NCBI GenBank assembly: GCA_050084985.1
Contig: JBITNC010000001.1
Span: 146,692,001 to 146,756,000, forward strand
Source: Nageia nagi
Taxonomy: Eukaryota > Plantae > Pinophyta
Direction of reading: 5' to 3'
Length of the DNA: 64,000 nt
Shown piece after piece: positions 57,137 to 64,000 of the stretch. Made by a program: the position numbers and the translations under genes. Under the pieces are notes generated by a model, which saw only the letters and a program-made list of their open reading frames with translations, was not told the DNA's origin and searched no databases. Each line of letters begins with the position of its first letter. Position 1 is the stretch's first letter.

Positions 57137-57723
57137 TGCGAAACCTTTAGAACCTTAAATTGCCATTCTATACACAAGCTGGAAACTAGGGTTGTTGCAA
57201 TCTAAAACCTAACAAAATTATTATGTACACCCAATACCTACATATGTCCTTTACATCTACCTTCACTTGCTATCCAAACTAATTATATTGAATCTATTAA
57301 CATTTCAACCCAAACACTATTGAAATTCAAAGAATGATATGCTATTAATAGTTTTCATACTTTAAATTTTGAGAAACTAAAATCTTAAGGAATTAAAAAG
57401 TTATAAATTACATAGAAACAAACTATATAGTATTGCACTAAGTATCATAGCCAATAAACATGAAAATACCTTAAAATAATTTCCTTTAATATTCAAAGAT
57501 AGCCATAGGATTTTTGTCTGATGATGCACTAGATATATGCAATAAATATGCAGTCATAGTTCTCCTTCCCAGCGTAGTAGCTTTACTATGAAATAGATAT
57601 TTGAAATTCAAGACACTTTCTAGTAGGCATTGTATGTAGAACATATGATGGCAATTGAAGTGTTCTCTTGTTCATTCACCTTTTCTTCTTATCAGATCTG
57701 CAAGGTTCACCTTCCTAGCAGCT
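57137..57723 (-). pseudogene. Same two-exon fragment, copy D
   Basis: Reverse complement of copy A. Donor near 57469 and acceptor near 57209 are retained. Confidence 0.4.
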
Positions 57724-59757
57724 CTATTCTCCAAATCGCACAAACATAGAAAGCGAAAAGAGAAAGAAAGTGATTAGTTATAAAGCATGAATTAGAAGAC
57801 ACATTCATAACTAAAAAACCCTTAATTATATTATTTAATCTACAATAGATCTACGACTCATCTCCTCTGATCACCAACTGATGGATTTTTGTAGTCTCAA
57901 TCGACATAATTTTCAAAACTTTTTATATTCTCCAGTTTACATGGCTATGAATATGCTTCATTCCTTTTCATAGAATATTTCTTGGATGTGGTAAAGGTGA
58001 TACCATCATCCATTGCAAGTATTCAAAAAATTGTTGAGATATATCCATCATTTTAGATGCCAAATACTATGGTGGGCACCTTACATAATGTGTTCAACAC
58101 GTCTGTCATCTAGTTATCTTAAACCTTATTTCACTTTAGTTTTGTAATAAAGTTTTTAAAAATTTATTTATTTCAAGGTTCTAATAAAAATTTATACCAA
58201 AACGTAATTATTAATTATAATTAACTTTTAGAAAATATAACATTTATATTCATTATATATATTTTATTTTTAATAGTTTTGAATAGGTATATTAATAATG
58301 TGTATATATTTCAAAATTTTATTACCTTATTCTTTTTACATAAATACATAGAATTTGATTAAATGATTAATATTTTAAAAAAAGATATCAATATATTAAT
58401 TTTTTTTTATTTTTATTTTTGTAAAATGTTATAAAGAGCTCAATATAAAAAGACTTATTCTTCTATTTATTTTTATGGTCTAGTTGGTATAAATAATTAT
58501 TATTCCATATGGTTTTTTCTAATATATAATACTCAAATAGTGGATTTTCAAAGGGGTCCCAAAAAACTTTTTATTGCTATATAATTATTTAATATATAAA
58601 ATTTTATAATTATCCAATGATATAGCCTATGAGAGATGAATCTCCAATGAATAACTAGACAAGGCTACAAAAAGTATTTGAAATCCACATCCCACCTAAA
58701 CACATTTTAAAAAAAAAATCTTTGAAGATCAATTATTGCTTACATAATGATCTCTCAATCATAAAAAAAAGTGTATTAGGAGTAGCTATGATTTTATGTT
58801 CAAACTAAAAAGAGGATTTGAAACCCATTTCTCTAGCAGAAACTTTTATCACTGTACAAATAAACCATTCAACCATAAAGTAGTGGAATATCTTATAACT
58901 TAGTGGTGTATAAAATTATTTCTACACTTTACATTTTTACCACCTTAAAATATATATCTATATGTTAAGGAATGTTTACTAGGTTATCCAGTGAGGTTAA
59001 GCTAAGGCCTTGTTTACCAAGTCCAATTATAGGATAACATGATAAAAGGTTGAGTGAATATGGGATTCATAATTAAAACCATAACAAAATCAAATTATGT
59101 ACCATCAATGTTATTCTATCAATATCTACAACATTCTAGGCTTCGAAGCCCCCCACTTTTATAGATATCTATTGTACCCATAGGATTTAATGAGCTGGAG
59201 ATGAAGGATAGTTAATCTCTATTGGAACCAATTTTTTTCTATCGACTTCCCTAGCTAGATCCCAAATCTCACCATTAAGGTGGACTTGAAATGACTTTCC
59301 ATATGGGAAGTCGAGTGATCAGGTGTCACTTCCCTTATTAGTATGGTGTATGCTCCCACCTAGGTTATACCCCTATATGACCTAAGTAATGTAAGGCATA
59401 GGCCTCGAGGGCTATGTTCCTACATGATGTACATACTTTTTAATTAAAAATAGATAGTATTTAAAACATTTGTGTGTATATACATATATCACATGAAATT
59501 AAAATAATAAAATTATTGAAATTAAAAATAAATAATCATATATTAAAAAATAGGGATCTTTTGTAAATAAAATAGATATATCTCAAAAAAAGAAGAAAAG
59601 GGAGTCCTATACATTTGTTTTAACAAAAAAAAAATTCTTTTTTATTAAAATAAATAATTCATTACAAAAATTATAGAAATTGATGGAGAATAGATTTAGG
59701 ATTTATCTTACCTTGTTACTCTTGTTCCTAGATTTTTGCTTCACTTGGCCAACTGTA

Positions 59758-60102
59758 GGCTCTTATACCAATTGAAGGTGCAAAAAGAAAAATAATAATA
59801 TTATAGAAGTAATATTACATCAATAGATCAAGATAATAAGATAAAGCCCTACTTTTTAAAAAATAAAAGAATGATAGCAAATCATAAGTTTTGAACATAA
59901 TATATAATATAGTATAAGTTTTAAACACATTCATAATATATATAAGTTTCTTATAATAATAATTTTCATAATGATAGCAAACTAATATTGTAATAATTTT
60001 CTTAACAATTATGCAATCTATAGGAAGAGAAGAATGGATTAATTTCCAATATAACTTAATTAGAAATTTCTCCTACATTATTATAACTTCAATTAGAGAG
60101 CA
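59758..60102 (-). mobile_element. LTR-2 end plus PBS (inverted)
   Basis: GGCTCTTATACCA at 59758-59770. Confidence 0.65.
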
Positions 60103-60104
60103 TG

Positions 60105-61340
60105 ACCATCCATGAACTCTATATATGATCCTTGTGATTCTCAATCATCAATCCTAGATGCAAATGCTTTTAAATCAACATTTATCCTACATCTGATCCT
60201 TGTGATTCTCAATCATCAATCCTAGATGCAAATATTTTTAAATCAGCATTTACCCTTTTAATTATAAATCTAGCAAGTATTGTTATTCCTCTTAGAAATA
60301 ATTTCCTATTTGATGTGTATTCCAATGAGATCCTTTATACTTATTCTTTGTTTTGATAACATCTACTAGTTTCTTGTCATTTGGAAACCAACATAATCAT
60401 ATCATACACCATTTAGGTAGCCATTATCATTTTTGTATATCCAATTTAGGAAATAATCCAAGAAGATAATATCAAAATGCTTTTACAAAAGTACAAACAC
60501 TAACAAAAATACTAGTTCAAATTTAGATACCTAAATCTAACTTATAAGTGTAAATACACTAATTATATTTAACAATTCACAATAAAATTAACAACTTATA
60601 AAGAATATACTTCATCTTGTATCCATGAGGTTTCTTAAAATGTTGTTACAACTATATGCTAATAACATCCAATTGTTTATTTTGATAAATAATTACCATA
60701 AGTCATGATTTACATCTTATGTTTAGATAAATTGTGAACCTTCATTGTAACCTCTTTCGCTAAAGTAATCGTTGGATAAAAAGCTATTTTAATAGAAATG
60801 TTGATATCAAATGTTAGTTCATCACAAATATTTAATATTTTAGAATTACTCAAAGTTATATTCCTAAGTGAAATCTGTTAGTGCTATTCAACCTCTCAAC
60901 TTTACCCATTCATTTCAATAAATAAAATTAACAAGAGTTCAACATATGAAGAATATACCTTCCTTATATTCTTGAAATTCATAGCACTATCATTAGAATA
61001 GCCTTATTTATTTAAATAAATCAGATCCAAAGTATTTGTATTCTCAACATCAAACATTGCTATCAACATATAAGTATGTATTACTTTACTTCATAAATAA
61101 TCCATTCATTCTATATAGGAAAGGATAACCATAAATTTAGCATCTAGTCAAAATATGGCTAAATAATATTGAGAAATGTAATTGTAAAGATCACTCCACA
61201 TGTGAAATAAATATTTTACAATCTCCTCTTCAGGATGTTCATACATGTATGCATCATCAAGCATACCTAAACCTATCACATACTTACAAAATTTAGTTAG
61301 CCCAATTGGTACAAGAATTTTAATTTAAGCTCTAATACCA
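60105..61340 (-). mobile_element. copia-c PBS plus internal region, more diverged copy
   Basis: GCTCTAATACCA at 61329-61340. Homology with the LTR side continues to ~63350. Confidence 0.6.
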
Positions 61341-63350
61341 ATGTAAGAAACTAAAAATCTCAAGCGTAAAATGTTTCTTTAGACCACTAAATTTTGGTCA
61401 AACATTTGGTGATAAGGTTCATTTGCCTTTGATTTATTTCTCATAAAGTAAAATTTTACCATGAATTCATATTGATTGAAACCAAATAATCATTTATTTT
61501 ACTCATACATATCCATTAATCATGATAATAATACAACTTTTAAAAATAATTGAAGCAAAACAAACCAATCATCAAGGTATTCCCATAACACAAAAGTTTG
61601 AGCTATGTTTGGGAAAAACCCTAGATGTTTTCCCTCTAGGTAAACCCTTAGTAGCTATGCTACCAAATAATATTTTATTATTAACCATAACAAATATTAC
61701 AAATCTTATCTTAAAACATGTACATACTTCCTCAATCTTTAGTTACAACTAAATCAAGATCTTCATGATCTTATCATGTACCATATAACCAAATAGTTGA
61801 TTTTGTACAATATGTGATCTCATACATCATATATATTTCAAGGAAATTTTCAACAATGCATAAAATACCATTTATAGTTACCCAATCACATAAAACAAAC
61901 CAATTTAATATAAACAATACAAGGTATCATTAATCATTATAAGTGCAACATCAAGTACTAAGGCTCCAACACAAAATGATCATCATGCACCAAATGATCA
62001 TCATTAATATATATACCCTATAACTAGTCAAAGTATAAGCATCAAGCTAACACCATGAGCTTGACTATGTTACCATTATTAATTTCTTAAAGAAGTCATA
62101 ATAATAACCAACATTAAACAACTTGTGCCAACATAATCATTGCATTAATCCTAGGTTATACCATATTGAGATATTTTACTCAAATAACCTCAATTCAAGA
62201 GCATATCAATATCCTATTAATACTTAAATGCATCTTTATGATATAAGCATCACTATACAAATTTCTATAAATAAACTACATGTAAGTAGACAATGATGTA
62301 AAAATGCTAAACTCATATCAATACACAAAGTGCATCACTATAATATAAGAATCACTTAAGCAAATTACTATGCAATAAATATCCATAAATATTTGTATAC
62401 CATACAATATGGAAGTATGCCATAACATATATCAGCCATAGATATCATGATAGTATCACAATGAAAAAACATAAATAGTATGCATGTCTTTATCATGATA
62501 TTAACTTTTAAAATTTTATAGTGTATACTATTATAAAATAGGCACATATGTTAAAAATAAGAAACTTAATAAGTCCAAATAAGCCAATATGTATGATATT
62601 ATGAATGTATTTCAACCAATAATAAAGTTTCTCAATAATAATTTCATCTTATTTTCCTATGTTGTTTTCGTATTAGTTAGTAACACTAACTACTTGCTTC
62701 AGCCACATAAATGCATCTATGTATCCATATTATCCTTTAATACAATAATAATAGTAAGTTACTATAACTAATAAAAAGGTTTAATGCTCTCTTTTATAAT
62801 CTTCCTAGAGTCTATTTTTGTAGATCAGATTTAAGAAAATATTCAAACTCTAATTTTAAATATTTTTACATTTTGAATAGTATACTAAAACATACTTTCA
62901 AATGACATAATACTTCAAGAAATTAAAGATATACATAAAAGTTATAATCAATGTAAAATGTCAACTTGCCTCTTTTTGATAGTTTTGGAAAGACTAAAAA
63001 TAATCTAAGACTAAAAAGGGTATTTGGGATTCCTACAATAAGAATAAACAACTCCAATTTAGATCAAGTTGTATATCATTAGAAAGAGAAATGATAGGTG
63101 TTTCCAATGGATCAAATACATAAACAACCAAATAGTGATACAAAAACTATAGCCTTTTAAAATGCACATTTTAATCTCTTTGATAAAGAATTAGCTACAT
63201 ACAAAACCCACTACACCTTTTGCAATAATAACTTGTTTCCAATTTTGATTACAATTGATGTAAAATGGGGTATTATAATATTTTTGGAGCTAACCATCAT
63301 CACTAATACAAATATTTCTTTGAAAAAAACTATGTTTTCTCTTAACAAAT
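60185..63350. repeat. Diverged inverted copy of ~53394-56598 (direct copy of ~1980-5200)
   Basis: Collinear homology including the PBS. Ends at TTTTCTCTTAACAAATA (~63350). Confidence 0.9.
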
Positions 63351-64000
63351 AAGAAAAAAATATATAAAGTCATTTTGCCAAACAATACACCAAAAACCCC
63401 TTTTTTTTCAAGTAGTTACAATACCAAAGGACAAGAATTGTAACAAATGATATAAATACATTTCAAACACATATTAGCTGTATGACATTTGACCAACATT
63501 ACTACAAGCCTAAGAATAAACTTTTGTAGTAATTTCAAACACATTGCAATAACACTAAACTACTATTTTTGGATATCAATAACTTTATACAATATTACTT
63601 TAATGTGAAATTTTTGCATATTTTATATTATATAAGTAATTCATTTTAAGTCTACAAAATTCATCCTCAAAACTACTGAAAACTTCTATCAGATATAAGT
63701 TTTAAAATATAATGAATTTTCACATTTCGTAATATGTTTTGGATACCCATTAAATCAAATAAACAACCCAAAAAATTTGAAATAAATTCTAGTATGCTTT
63801 TTTAAAACATGATTAGCATTCAAAAATATATTATCATACAAAAATAAAACCCTCTTCTCCTTAAATCTTTTCAATCATGAACAAGGACACCTAAAAATCT
63901 ATCTTTAAAGAATAATTTCTAAAATGAAATAGAAGTTTAAAATCCATGCAAAAATAGTCTAATTTGGGTTTTCCAAATGTAAAATCCATGTAAATCTAAT

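Overview
Very AT-rich land-plant nuclear DNA with no intact protein-coding gene; most ORF-track entries are spurious or transposon debris. The window is a mosaic of old, decayed Ty1/copia LTR retrotransposons, a LINE remnant and a probable Ty3/gypsy remnant, and was later amplified in multi-kb blocks. A ~12 kb block occurs three times: 1-12.8 kb in inverted orientation, and 28.6-40.5 kb and 44.8-56.6 kb as direct copies ~16.1 kb apart. Shorter inverted blocks also occur. There is a 100-N scaffold gap at 12777-12876. The most unusual element is a four-copy chimeric cassette (~0.8-1.9, 18.3-19.1, 22.7-24.0 and 56.7-57.7 kb). In it, the nucleotide-binding-domain exon of an ABCG half-transporter pseudogene is fused tail-to-tail with an intron-containing fragment of a second gene ending in RFxKVL. 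That motif resembles the RFxKVLQGQE motif of class-B auxin response factors, and the fusion point falls where tasiR-ARF-guided cleavage would cut that site. All alignments and identities were judged by eye, and coordinates of decayed elements are approximate.
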